From Adineta vaga (Eukaryota; Animalia; Rotifera), in contig CP075497.1 in assembly GCA_021613535.1 (NCBI GenBank), positions 1,736,001 through 1,800,000 on the forward strand: a DNA stretch of 64,000 nucleotides, written 5' to 3'. Each line of letters begins with the position of its first letter. The stretch's first letter is position 1. Positions 46,871-62,096 of the stretch are shown here, in pieces. The notes beneath the pieces were generated by a model, which worked only from the letters and a program-made list of their open reading frames with translations, did not search any database and was not told where the DNA came from. The position numbers and the translations under genes were made by a program.

Positions 46871-49228
46871 GATTGATATTATAACTTTTTTTTATGAATA
46901 AAATTCTGCTTCGATTATCTTCGAATAAGACATTTGGTTGAAGAAAAATAGAATTGCGACATTTTTATGGCTGAAGAAGAAAACAAGGTAGTTATCGAAT
47001 TTTATAAATACAGTATACTAGAGCACACAACTCTTCTAATATTTCATTTTTTCCATTTCAATTGTTGCTTTGTTTATTATCATTATTATTCAATATGCGT
47101 CACTATCATTTTTTTCTCTTTCTAGACTGATCAGTTGATGACAGCAGCAGCAGACACGAACAAAAAGATTAATACAACTATACATCTATATTTGCTCAAT
47201 ACCTTGACAAAAGATCAAGCATTAGCATCGATCAAGGAACATAATGAAGATTTTCAACTACTCCTCCAAAATTTATTATAAAAAGTTCTTCATTTAAAAT
47301 AAAGAAAAATTCTTTTTTTTTGTTATTATCGAGAAATGTGATAAAAAAAACTATCTGTTTAGAGATCGGTGTAAATTAGAGAGAAATAATCACACAAACT
47401 CCTTTATTAAACGTTACAGATGATTTATTGAGTAAAAAAACGATAATGAGGTTCAAACATTACTGGAAAGATATGCTAAAGTACCATAAATATTTATAAA
47501 AATTGTTTCAGAATAGATAAGAATTTTCTTCAGAACACTTCAAACCTTTCATCTGAATCTGAAAATCCTATAACTTAGAATCATCAATAAATGAAAGTGA
47601 AACAAAAGGAAGCACGGCTGAAATGGGTGTGAGTCTTGTCATTAGTTTTCAATAACACTCCATACCCACACCCTTGAACAGTTGTGAAGACTTTTGTGGA
47701 ATTTCGTAGTTGGTGAGATAAATTCGTGTTTTATTTGTCTCACTCTCTCTCTATGTATGTATACGATTTTAGGAGCATAAAAAACAGTTGATGCATACTC
47801 GATAGATAATAGTTTGATTATCGCCAGATAATAGTAAAATAATTTGAATCAACAACATATGCCGCTAAAGATTTTTCTGGTTCACTGTAAATTCTCTTTT
47901 TGTCGTTATGTTAAAAAAATCATGATTTTCAGGTTAACTATTGAAGTTTTCTTCTGCAGTAAAATACTTAACCCAACAATTAGATCAACTGAAACAAACG
48001 AAAATACATCAGAATAAATATTTTTCATTTTACTATAGGAAAAACTAAATTTTATCATTCGATAAAAAACAAGTATTTTCATCCCATGATATAATTATGA
48101 GTCCATGTTCACATAACTCATCGTCCGAATGCTCTACCAATGAATAGATATCGAGTATCCTCAAAACATATCAAGACATAATAGATATTAAAGAATAATG
48201 CTTTAAGCAAACTTCCTCTGATCTGAGTTTAAATTCCGATTACCACAGATAACAGAAGACATTTGTTGTGATAATTGACAGGTTGAATCAATTAAAAGTT
48301 TCTAACAATTCCATTTTTTATTTCAAAATTTAAATAGTTATATAAAATAGAAAACAATTCTTAAATCGATTTTATATAAAACTTCATTAACATTAACGAA
48401 TGTATTGATGTCACCAAAAACCATTAGAACAGTCATTATATGTCTATTCACGTCATTCGTGGTATTGGAAGCTGTTTGTTATTTGTTTGACTGTCTTTGA
48501 GTTAGCGAACATTCGGTCTAATCTAATGTCAAATAAATCATTTGATTCACATACGTTCTTCGTCAAACATACGTCATGTTTATTACTCGAATTGGGTAAT
48601 TATGTTTTTGGTTGACTAAGAACTCTAACAGAAAGGTCAGGAGAAAGCCAAACGATGAAAAATATCAAGTTGATTTTCATAAAAAATTTTTGTTTTGAAT
48701 AACATAAATATCACACAATAGAGTCTGTGTGAGGGTGTGAGTAGAGACGTGTTGAGACCGATCCCAAACCGAGAGTTTCGAGCACAGATTTGATGAGACT
48801 CAGATTCAACCAAGACTATCGCGATCTCAATCTTCCCTATGATTCTATTCAGTGATACATGCAAGGGAGAAACAGTTGATCCCAAGATATGAAGATTCTA
48901 CGAAGTCTTATGAAATTCTAAAAATTACAACGATTGTAGTGGTGTTAAGAACATAGAATCAACTGTTTCTTCCCTGATCTGCTAGCTGTTTCTGTTAAGA
49001 AGAAGAATAAAACAACTTCCAGTAGTAACTTCAATTCCAAGAAATTGTTTGGCTGATGAATCATAATGTCGACAAAATGAATTGTATCCTATATATTTGG
49101 TAGTTATTTATGATTCAATATTCAGATGAAACATCTCAATTTCTAAACTAATTTACTCAAGTAAAAAAATTTAAAGAAAAAAAATAATGACAAATCTGTA
49201 AACCAATATATACAAAAAATACACTATT

Positions 49229-50152
49229 TTATGATAAAGATTGAGAATGAGGGGTATCTAAAAGAATGGAATCAGATTTCGGTAAGGATGTAAGGTCATT
49301 TTGATAATTGATTAAAATAGGAATTGATAATGATGGGTTTTTTGAAAAACCACGTCGATGAACTTTTATATAAAGTTCATAGTGAACAAAAATAAACCAT
49401 TGATTTGGAAGATGATATGAACATGTTGGATTTATTTCATATGGAATATTTATATGGAATTTACCATTGTAATGTTCACCTTTGAATTTATCAAAATGAA
49501 TTAAATCTTCTTTTAATAGAACTGTTCTTTCTTCTTTTACAGGACCTAATTTTCTTATTTGAATTAATTTTAATGATATTCGATCAATGGTTCGACTATT
49601 TGGATTATGTAAATCAATTTGAAATGGTAAATTTTGACCAATTAATCCCAGATTGTTTTCAAGAGTAACATTGACTTGAACATTATTAAGAGGTTGATTT
49701 TGAATTTGTTGAACATGTCCAAGAAGAATTTGCGTAGGACGTTTGATTAAAATTGGAAAATCTTGTTTAAATTGATGATTTAATGATCGAATACGAAGAA
49801 AATAGTGAATATATGGTCCTTGTGGATTTAATTGTTCGAATGAGGCTGGAAGAGATGAATTTAATTGAAAAGAAAATTGATACTGATTTTTTTCACTAGT
49901 TTTATGATGAATTGTTCTAACGAGGAAAGGGACTTGACGATTAGTTGTAATTGTCGATTGTCCCTTTCTTTCATAACTTGTATAAACAAGTTCACCTGTA
50001 AATTGAATGAGTATATCGTCGATCAGATGAATATCAGTAATAAACTGAACAGTTCCATTAAGATCTTCTTCTGGTTCATAAACAGTGTCATGTCCATTTA
50101 AAAGATGAATTGAAAGCATTGATGTTGAAAAACTGGAAGTTGATCCCATCAT
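49229..50152 (-). CDS. Arrestin-domain protein (alpha-arrestin, ARRDC-like)
   Basis: VYEPEEDLNGTVQF, YQFSFQLNSSLPASFE...GPYIHYFLRI, GQNLPFQIDLHNP, FVHYELYIKV...LSIPILI; intronless. Confidence 0.85.
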   Translation of the reverse strand: MMGSTSSFSTSMLSIHLLNGHDTVYEPEEDLNGTVQFITDIHLIDDILIQFTGELVYTSYERKGQSTITTNRQVPFLVRTIHHKTSEKNQYQFSFQLNSSLPASFEQLNPQGPYIHYFLRIRSLNHQFKQDFPILIKRPTQILLGHVQQIQNQPLNNVQVNVTLENNLGLIGQNLPFQIDLHNPNSRTIDRISLKLIQIRKLGPVKEERTVLLKEDLIHFDKFKGEHYNGKFHINIPYEINPTCSYHLPNQWFIFVHYELYIKVHRRGFSKNPSLSIPILINYQNDLTSLPKSDSILLDTPHSQSLS

Positions 50153-51663
50153 TGAGTTATAGTAATATTTTGCTTATAGTTTAGTTTAAGAAAAATAATG
50201 ATTTACTCATCCCTTTTATATCTCTACAACTTCTTATCTATGTTCTTTACTGACGACAATGGAATGACGTCAAAACTAAAATTTCACGTCATGAAGATTC
50301 GTTCTATTACACTTTTATCTTCTTGTAAAAAAGTAAATGTACTTTTTAAAGTGTCGTAGTGTAACTTGAGAACGGTTATTCTGCACGTCTAGTGCAAGTT
50401 ATACTTGGAAATTACGAATGACATGTACTTCTCTTACGAATTTTATTTATTTAGTTTTCGAAATATCGTCATCATGGTGAATACCCAAATCGTCTATGTG
50501 TCATATGTGCACAATCCACCCGTCTGTGCGACCGGCGGTCAGAGAAATTTCCCATATTATTAACGGGGAAAGTTTTTCCCCAGTCGGAGAAATTTCTTAT
50601 CTTAGCGGCAAATTCTGCACGTCTGTTCTATCATTTCATTATTCAATAATCAAGATCTACTTTATTAATTTGTTTGAATGCACATCAAATGAATGATAGT
50701 TCTTATTTAAAAACGCTATAGGGTTTGGTGTCTACCAAACAATCATAAAACAAACCGGAAGTGGAAATATTTGAGGTTCATATTATTATGTAGCGACATC
50801 TATATAGAAAATATTATTTTTTGAAACTTTACGGCGATGAAATCAATCTTGTTATTGTTAAAATTTTATAAATTTAAATAAAAGATCAAGTGAAAATTTT
50901 CTTTTAATTAGTCAATTAAATAAACGAATGAACAGTTTACGGAAAGATGCGATGCGATGCGATGAATGTGCATGGCATAAGCTGGCAACTGGATCGATTT
51001 AATGAGTTGAGTTACAAAACATTCAATCCTCTGACTATTTTCCATTTTTAATTCAGTTCTTTTTTTCTTAAACAAAACTGTAATCATCAACATTCACATC
51101 TGTTTATATTTGAGATCTCAGGTGAAATCTAACTATTCAATATTTTCTAATCCTTTTACGTTTTTGTTCATTTGTTTACTTTTTTGCTTTCCAAATTTCT
51201 TCTAAATCTCTGATCTATTTTTATTTTGGTTTAAAGGGGAAAAAATGAGGATTGACAATTGAATGAATCAGATATACGTGTATGTCACGGTTGAATGAAA
51301 TTGTTTTATTATGGTTATAAAAATAACAGCAAATGATATAAAGATCTAATCGTTCTATTAGTTTTGCGTGTTGCTATCCAATTGACTCTCAATAATGAAT
51401 CAATCAACGCGCATGAGAAATCTTCACAGGAACAGTTTCTTTATTAAATTATTTATCGATTTTTTTTCTTGTTTTTAAGATAAAAAATTTTCTCTAACGA
51501 AAATCCGTATGAATGATTGATCATATATAGTTGATTTTATTCTTATTAATAAACAATAAACTCACGTTCAAATTCCAATTGGTACGTGTGATGTTTTTTT
51601 CTTTTCCTCTTACCTTATTTTGATTAAATCGAGTTTTTTTTTTCATCAAGGTTATTTACAATC

Positions 51664-54600
51664 ATGGCGGAAATCTCAAATGAAGTAAAATTATTTGTTG
51701 ATTTAATTTTAATATTAAATTTTCTTCCTATTTTAGTCTTCGAATGGAAATGATGCGGTTTTTCCAGAAACGAATCTCGATGAAAATCTCCCTGAACAAA
51801 GTAGGATAATTTTTTGTTCTATATTTTCATTTAGTTTTAATTGATAATCATAGAATCTCGACCTGATCTGACGAAAAGTGTTCTTTTCCATGGTGTTACT
51901 TATTTAGGATCGGCAAGTGTAACAGCACCTCGATCTGAAGATGAACTTCATCGGTAAGAGAATATTTCATCTTGAGACTAGAATCTATTTAATTCTTTTC
52001 TATTTTTTAGAAATATGGCAGTTTTAAATGAACAAAGCAAAATGAATATTGATGTTACTTTATGTGTTCCTGACAATGCTGATGGTGTTGTTAGGTATGA
52101 GAGAAAATCGATTTAATTCTCTTGAGTAATAAAGTTTTCCTGTGGGAAACGGATTAATAATGTTGTCAATAGAAGTTGAATTGTTTTTCATGTTATGATT
52201 AATAAAGTAAATACAATTTTCTCTATCTGACATGTCAATAGAAAGTTCGATGAATTGTTTGATTGATTTCATGAGAAATTTATACTAGAAATGAATATGT
52301 TTTTCGTTTCTCTTTGAATAGACTTTTGGATCCGCAAAGTGAAGGTGAAATTAGTTCGTATTTTGTCTCTCAAATTATCTTTTGTGCTCGTGGTCCTTCC
52401 AATGGTCCATTAGCATGTTGTTGGGCATTTACAACATCACGTCGATCAACATCTATAAGTCAACAAATTGAAAAGAATTCGAATGGAAAACTTCAACATG
52501 AAATTCTCTATCAATGTCAAATATTTCGATGTGACAATCAAGATGCTGTACGTTGTCTGTTTCATCTATTCTTTCCGACATCTTTGATTTCGTTTAGATT
52601 TATCGAATTCTACTAAGTTTTTCCAATGCATTTCGTCGAACATCACATTCTCAACCATCAAATACACGTCGTACAACATCATTAATTACTCATGCAATTC
52701 AAGCTACGGTTAATCAAATACAACAACAAACATCATTAACTGCATCACAATTATCATCGAATCAACAACAAATATTCGATGGATTAATTAAATTTCGTTG
52801 TTTTTTCGATATTAAAGAAGAAAATATTGATTCTAAAGGAAATCTGTCATTCATTTCTGTATCAAGGTAAAGTTTCAATTTGAAAAACAAACCTTCTAAT
52901 TCTTTGGATAACTGAATAGACCGGAAAAGAATGTTTTTAATATTCGAAAAAATCTTCGAAAAAATGTTAGTGTGATTCTTCAACAAATTCGAGGTTCACC
53001 AATGAATATTGAACGATGTTTTGGTTTACTTCTTGCACAAGGACGAAATGTTCGTGCTAGTGATATGCAATTACTTGATTTGGTTTGTCATTTTTCTTAA
53101 AGTTTTCCTTTTTTTTTGAATAAGTTTCAAATAGGAAACAATGGGAAAAACCGATGACAATCGTGGTTATGCTATACGAGGGTATTGGAATCCTCTATCA
53201 CGTGCTTTTAAAGATTTAATTCATCTAAATGAAGAAACACCAAAAAGTAACAACAGAAATTTCTTCTCTCAACAAATTTCATTTATTTTATTTTAAGGTG
53301 CTCGAGTTTTTCTTACAGTTGCATTAGATATTGTTATAAGTGGAATATCTGAACCAGTTCGTTTTTTAATTGAAGCTAAAGCACGTGTTAGCGAAACAAA
53401 TAAACCAAATGATACAATCTCACAAGATATTAGTGATACAATTTGGTCATCATTTAAAAAAGTAACACCATTTACAGAAGAATTTGATATGATTGTTAAA
53501 CAAGTAAATAGACGAGATATACCTTTGAAGAAACAGAAAAATGTTTCGTTTTTTCAAGATATCATCAACAGATTCTCATCCCGATCAAATTTATGAAGTT
53601 ATAAGTTTAGAAAGTAAAACTGAAGCGGAACGACGATCGAAATTTCAACGATTATCATCCGGTAAATCAATGAAATTCTATTTAAAAAAAAAAGAAATTA
53701 GTCATGATTGTTTTCTGTAGGAGTATCAGCAAATAATACAGGTGAAGATGATAATGATGAAATGATTATCAGTGGGTTTGGCCATGTGAGTAAAGAATGT
53801 GATGAAGAAGTTTTAAATAATTGGAATGAAATTTTAATTAAATGGAGAAAAAATTATTCGGAAAGACCCAACGGTTTACAAAATCTTGTTCGAAAAGGTA
53901 TTCCCGAAGCATTACGTGGAGAAGTTTGGCAATTATTAGCTGGAAGTGTTGCAAATGAAAAGGAAATGATTGATACCTATCGATTATTATTAACAAAAGA
54001 ATCGTCAAGTGATCGAATTATTATCAATGATCTTAATCGAACATTTCCTGCCCATGAATATTTCAAAGAACAAGGTGGGATTGGTCAAGAAGCATTGTAC
54101 AAACTTAGTCGAGTATGAAAGAAAATTATGAATTTTTCTCCAAGTTTTCTTTTCCTTTCGAACAGGCATATTCAGTTCGAGATGAAGAAGTTGGTTATTG
54201 TCAAGGTGTATCATTTGTTATTGCTACGATACTTATTCATGTAAGAAAATCTGTTGTTGAATTGTTTGAGTTGAAGAATGTTCGTTTGTTTTAGATGCCA
54301 GAAGAACAAGCGTTTATGTTATTATGTAAATTAATGGAAGATGAACGTTATTTATTACGAGAAATGTATAAAGCCAATTTTGAAAATCTTCAAATGAAAT
54401 TTTATCAATTAAATTGTTTAATTGAAGAACATTTACCCGATATTTATGCTCATTTTTATGATCTTAAAGTTGAATGTCATATGTTTGCTTCACAATGGTT
54501 TTTAACATTATTTACTGCAAAATTTCCACTTTATTTAGTCTTTCGTATTATGGATATCTTTTTATATGAAGTAAAACTTTCATTTATTTTATTTTCATCA

Positions 54601-56017
54601 AAATATTTTCTTCTCTTTAGGGTTTTACTGCGATATTTGCTGTAGCTTTGTCTTTATTAAAGGTATTGATTTGTCCGTCTCTACTTTGATTAGTTTACTT
54701 GAATTGTAGTGCAATCAAAAAGATTTATTATCACTTGATTTCGAAGGTGTTATGCGATTTTTTCGTGTTAGTTTACCACGAAAATATCTTTGCGAAGATC
54801 ATGCTGATGAATTAATTCAAGCTGCTTGTTCTACAAAAGTATTTCGTATTGAAAATAATGAATAAAATTCTTTGAATTTTTGTTTTTTTCTTTTAGTTAA
54901 ATTTGAAAAAATTGAAACGATATGGAACAGAATTTCATACTCGTCGTGCTGAAGAAGAACAAAAACAAACGCCCTTACAACGTCTTGAAGTTGATAAACA
55001 AAATCCTTTGCTTGTTTTTTTTTAACAAAAAAAATTTATTTTCTTTTTATCTTTGAAAAAGGTTGATAACAAGCGTTTAACAGAAAGTTGCATGCGTTCG
55101 GAATTTGAAAATGAAATGTTAGCATTGGAATTAGTTAATGATCGAATAAAACTTAAGGAAAGAATTCATCAAGTATGTTAAATAGATAAGAGATGTTGGA
55201 TTTTGTCTATCGAATCGTTTTCTTAGGCAGACGATCAGATGGAAAATTTAACCCAAGAATTAGAAGCAACGAAACATATCGTTCGACAAAGTGAAGAACT
55301 TGCTATCAGATTAAATGAACAATTACAAAATGTAATTTCAAAGAAAAATATTTGGAACAAATATTTACATTTTTTCTTTGTATTTAGGTTCGAGAAGCAT
55401 TTCGTGATACATGTGATGAACTTCAACAAGCACAGAAAACAATTTATGATTATAAACAGGTATGTACACATGTTTAATTCGTTTGAATATTCAATGGATT
55501 AACTAATCTATTTTGAATATTTTTAGATCTGTTCACAATTAAATAATCAATTAGATAAACACAAAGAAAAATTTGTTCAAAAAATGGAATATATTCAGGT
55601 AAAAATCAATTCTTCTCTTTCGAAAACAAAATCAATTTGATTCTCTAGAGTAATTGTTGTGAATCATGTAAAACATTGATTTATTCTCCTCCATCAAGTA
55701 ATTTATCAACACCAGATCGCGATATATCTAATGAAGATGATTTTTCTTCAATCATTCCAATTGATGTTGCAAATCGTTTACATCGTGTTGAAATTGAATT
55801 AGCTGAAAAGAAATTAGCATTAACACAAGCATTATGTGATAATCAAGAACTAACACGTCGTCTTCAACGATCAGCATCCAGTATGAGTGATTCAGATACA
55901 ATATCTCTCAATAGTATTCGTTCAAATACTCAAAATACAACTGGAAGTTGGTTATCAAAAACTGTTAATTCCATCAAAGAAGCAGCTAATTCATCAAATC
56001 GAACAAAAGTTAATTAA
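51664..56017 (+). CDS. RABGAP1: Rab GTPase-activating protein 1 (PTB + DUF3694 + TBC + coiled coil)
   Basis: PTB FHGVTYLGSASVTAPRSEDE; IERCFGLLLAQGRNVRASDMQLLD; TBC GIPEALRGEVWQLLAG, IINDLNRTFPAH, VGYCQG, MFASQWFLTLFTAKFPL; C-terminal LAEKKLALTQALCDNQEL...WLSKT. Confidence 0.94.
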
Positions 56018-56135
56018 TAATAATAATATTAATAATAAAATTTCTCTTCTTTCTTTTTACCTTAAAAAATTCATTGCCTGTGCAATATCAAATATATATT
56101 TCATGTATTTTTTTTTCTGTCTGCTTTTTAAGATC

Positions 56136-57306
<1,171 letters not shown>

Positions 57307-58058
57307 ACGAAACTCCAAAATCAATAATAATTAAACAAGTCATTTGAATTCTAGTCATTCTTTTTTTTTATTTATATTTCGTTAATGATTTTCAATTTTA
57401 GTTTTTGTGTAAATTAAATAAATATATTTTTCATAGTATATCAATGATTATTTATTAATAATTTACTAATCATCAGTTATTTAGGAATTACGTAGATACA
57501 TCATCTCTTATTGCCATAAGAGTTCGTTAAAATAAAATACTCAACTATTCAGTTATTCTCGGAGTATTAACATATCGTCAGAGAGTGAAGCTTCGTCTGT
57601 GAAGGGTGAATAGTTGAATTCAACTTTCGAGTATGACATTACTGATTTTCTCTGTTGTTCCTTAGCTTTTTTTTCAAGAAAAATAGAACATATTGTTATT
57701 AGAATAGTTTAGACGCATAATTCATAAATATTGTCATTCACTTTGCTAAAACCTGCACAGAAAAGAAGAGATTTTATTAATGAGTTAATTATTGTTATGG
57801 CGTGACTATGATCATTGTTTGACGTCTTTTGATCAAGTTTCGAAAGACCAGAAACGTAAAGAATAAAGGAGACCAAACACGTGTATAAGATATCTACAAA
57901 GCGCACTCATTCATCTTTGTTTACAGGTATCGTTACTAATGAGTAGATTGACGTAACAAAAACAATATCTGTTTTTCTTCTTATAATCGAATGATAGTTA
58001 TAATATAAAATCAAGTTTATTTCTTATCATCAAAGTAGTATTGAAAAAGAAAAAGTTC

Positions 58059-61000
58059 ATGTCGAAAACTCATTCGAAACAATCAAAAATCAAATTTGAT
58101 GACAATTGGTTTTACTGTTCACTTTCCTTAACTGAAAATACTATTGATTTGAAGAATTCCAACGATAATTCTCGATGGAATGCTATTCAATTACCACATA
58201 TTATTGATGAAAATGAAGAAGAAATTGGTGAACAAAATTGGCTATATCGTAAACAGTTCACAGGCAATACAGATCATCAGTACAGCTTATATTTGAAGCA
58301 TTAAATCATGATTTGTCAATCAATTCTTTAACTATTTGGTTAAATGAACTAGAAATCTATTCTGATACATTTCAATCATCTTCAATATCTCTCGATATAT
58401 CTAATCAAATAATTGATCAAAATACATTATTTATATTTTGTAAGAATACTTCTCTTGCTTTACATATTTATTTACTTTTACCAAAACATATTTCAAAAAA
58501 TGAAATGAATAATATGAAAAAGAAAACATCTTTAGAATTACCTTTAAGAAAGAATCGTGTTTTGGATTATCTTATTCGATATAATGATAATGATGGTTTA
58601 TTTGAAGTGGATTTAAAACTCACCGAATTACAACATTCGAATTTACCTGATATTGAACTCAATAAACAAAATAATACAGATGCAAGTAGTACAAAAACAA
58701 ATAGTGTTCTCGATTATTTAATTAATTTAAATCAAATTAATGATACCAAATTAGAAGAAAAAAATCTTCCTGATATTGTGATTAGTCGAACTGATAATCA
58801 AGAAGAATTTGATGTGCCTCATCTTTCTATTCTTATGTTAGTTGTTGGTACTCGAGGAGATGTTCAACCATACATTGCGTATGTTTTTTTCAATCAGAAT
58901 ATCAATGATCATTCTGTGTAGTCTAATCTTTGATTTCTTCCTTTAGTTTTGGCCAAAAACTTCGTTCAGTTGGTCATCGTGTTCGTTTAGCGACTCATGA
59001 AACATTTCGAAAATATGTTCGTGAACATGATTTAGAATTTTATCCCATTGGATCAAATCCAGAAGATTTAATGACATATATGGTAAAAAATGGTGGTGTA
59101 TTTCCATCTGTTAGTAGTATTATCGAAGGTGATTTGAAAACAAAACGTCGTGATATAAAAAGTATTCTTCATTCAACATGGATGGCTTGTATTGATAATG
59201 ATGATGAAACATCTGCGGCATTTACAGCTGAAGTTATTATTGCTAATCCACCATCATTTGGTCATATACATTGTGCACAAAAATTACAAATACCATTACA
59301 TATGATATTTACAATGCCATGGTCACCAACAACTCATTTTCCTCATGCTTTCTGTAAAGTTGATCATTGTAAAGAATCAAAAGAAAAGTTAAATTTAATT
59401 TCATATGATGCAATAGAAATTCTTGTAAATTTCCTAAAAGTTTCCTTCCTTAGAAAACTATTGATTATTTTAGACATGGTCAAGTACACATGATATTGTC
59501 AATAGATTTCGACGAGATACTTTGGGACTTCCACCTATTCATGTTCGTCAAGCCATACGAATGTTTGCGGACGAAAAAGTTCCATTTACATATTGTTGGT
59601 CACCATCGCTGGTTCCTGCTCCAACTGATTGGCCGCCACATATTGATGTTGCTGGTTATTTCTTTCTTGAAAATAACAAAGAAACATATGAGCCATCAAA
59701 TGATTTAGCTAATTTTCTTGGTCTCAATGAAAATAATGATCAAAAAGAGACATTATCAATGCCAATATATATTGGTTTTGGTTCAATTACAGGAAATGAT
59801 TCCAATCGTCTTCTTAAAGTTATATTAGAAGCTTTAGAAAAAACGAATTATCGTGCATTACTTTCTGGTTTTGATACACATAATGATGAATTACCAGAGA
59901 ATATTCTCAAGATTTCCGATGTTCCTCATGATTGGCTTTTTCAACATGGTAAAAATTTTGAGAAAAACTATTAAAAAAACAATCCATCATTGTTTCTGTA
60001 TAGTTTCAATTGTATGTCATCATGGTGGAGCAGGTACAACAGCAGCAGGACTTCGTGCTGGAAAACCTTCGATTATTGTACCATTTTTTGGTGATCAATT
60101 TTTTTGGGGTACTGTTATAGAAAAATGTGGTGCTGGTCCAAAACCATTACCTGGAAAAGAAGTCACTTCTGAAGAATTAGCAGAAGCATTTACAATTGCA
60201 CATGAATCATCTATGCAAAAAGCTGCGGAACGTATTCGTGATGCCATAGCTCATGAAGATGGATGTTCAACAGCATTGCGTATGTTTCATTCTCAGTTAC
60301 CTTTATCACGAATGCATAGTGATTTTGAATCAACATTTGCTGCATGTTATCGTATTGAAGAATTTGATTTACAAGTGTCACGACCTGTTGCTCAAGTCCT
60401 TGTTGCAGCTGGTGCTTTAGATGAATCACAATTTACTCCACATCCTATTCGGGAATGGATCAATATGTATGATGATCGTATTCACGTTCCAACTAGTGGT
60501 GTTTTAAAACATACAAGTAAAGCATTTTCACATATTTTTCTTCAGACTGCTGGTGGAATGAGACGAGCGATAAGTGGTGGACATCTTCTGACAGGAGTTG
60601 CTACGGGCGTAGGTGGAGGTTTGAAGAATGTTGGAAAAGGTGTTGGTCATCTCTCTGTGGGTGTTTTATCATTATATGGAGAATTAACAGATGTTCTTGA
60701 TCGTCTTCCATCATTGTATGATCCATTTAGGTAAAATTTGAATCTGAATGTTAAGATTAAATTTGATTTATTAAAATTTAGTGAATTGGATGCACACGAA
60801 CGACCACGTGTAACTGATTTCAAATCAGGTGTAAATGCAGCTAGTCATTCGATTTTAAATGGTTGGAAAGATGGTATAACAGGATTTATTAGAAAACCTC
60901 GTATAGGATATCGTCGTCATGGAATATTAGGTGGTGCAACTGGCGGATTAGTAGCAACTGCAAATGGATTTGTTAAGCCTACTGTTGGTTCACTTGCTTC

Positions 61001-61373
61001 AGTGACTTGGTTAGGTCGTGGAATGTATGCAAGTATGAAAAAGAGAAAGGGAAGAAAATCTCGAATAGATGATCAACATCATCTTGTTAATAAAATCTCA
61101 GTACAATCACCATCGTCATCATCATCATCATCAGCGGATGAAAATGAACAAGCAGAAGAAGCGGAGGAGGATGAGAATGTTCCAAGAACAATTAAATTCG
61201 CAGCTGTGGTATCAGGTTATTCAACGAAAATTTGTCAAGATATTTTAGATCAATTTGAAAAAGTTAAAAAACATCGAGAAGAATTAGCAATGTATTCGCC
61301 AGATTCATCGATTCACCATCGAAGAAAACAATTATGTAGACTACATCGTAGAGATTCTGATTCTGCTATTTAA
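58059..61373 (+). CDS. Sterol 3-beta-glucosyltransferase-like GT1 (UGT80/Atg26 type) with a degenerate GH2-like N-terminal domain and Gly-rich ATG2/VPS13-like C-terminus; frameshift near 58279
   Basis: VGTRGDVQPYIA, GHRVRLATH, IIANPPSFGHIHCAQKLQIPLHMIFTMPWSPT, PIYIGFGSI, DVPHDWLF, HHGGAGTTAAGLRAGKPSIIVPFFGDQFFWG; four short introns. Confidence 0.9.
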
Positions 61374-61764
61374 TTTCATTGTTAATTTCATATGCATAAT
61401 AAATCAAAAGATCAAATAAGAAAAAACTTTTATAAATCTAATGAATGAACAGAAATAAAAACGACATGTTATTGATATCTTCAATGAATAATGACGAGAA
61501 ATGCATCGTTTTTTTAAACTATAAATCATATTTGCCTATCAAAACTTGATTTTACTATTGTATCAGTTGTTTTGGGAAAATATTTTTTCTTTATCCTCTT
61601 ATTGATGGGAAAATAAATATAAATCAAAGTAAATTTACATGTTTCACAAGTACCATGCAAACCTTAATAATACAATAAGAAAGAATATAATTCTTAGTGA
61701 GATATTTGAAGAGAAACATTATCATGATTAGCAATTAATAAAAGTATCAGTATCAGAAGCATGT

Positions 61765-61910
61765 TCAACTAGTGGAGAAATCGAATTTTCTAATTATTCA
61801 CTTCGATACAATCTTCTGATGAAGAATGTCGGATGATTATTACTAATACTGATTTAAATTTAAGTATTGAACAATGTCAATTAATTTGTATTGTTCGAGC
61901 TATTTCGAAA
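61765..61910 (+). pseudogene. Remnant of an ABCC (MRP) transporter NBD2
   Basis: TSGEIEFSNYSLRY and LNLSIEQCQLICIVRAI (compare GEIEF.NYS.RY and NLSVGQRQL.CLARAL), collapsed together with stops. Confidence 0.55.
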
Positions 61911-62073
61911 ACCAGATCGAATTATTGAAAACAATAGAAGACGTAAACGTACATCAAAAACGTAAGTATATTCAATAGAGCGATCAAATGTCGCTAAATT
62001 ATTCTAATTCATTATCGATTTCTCTCAAATAACAAAATAAATAAATTCGATAGATTTGCGGCATCTGTCGATA

Positions 62074-62096
62074 GTTACCTTTGAAATCATGGTAAC
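62074..62096. promoter_or_regulatory. Possible RFX X-box half-sites upstream of ANKMY1
   Basis: Inverted GTTACC...GGTAAC about 170 nt upstream of the ATG; the spacing is non-canonical. Confidence 0.25.

Noticed and set aside
47570-48900. Exon-like fragments and an 82-aa minus-strand ORF
   Set aside because: No coherent reading frame or recognisable family.
50500-50625. Weak inverted repeat (gtgcacaat...attctgcac)
   Set aside because: Arms too degenerate to call a MITE.
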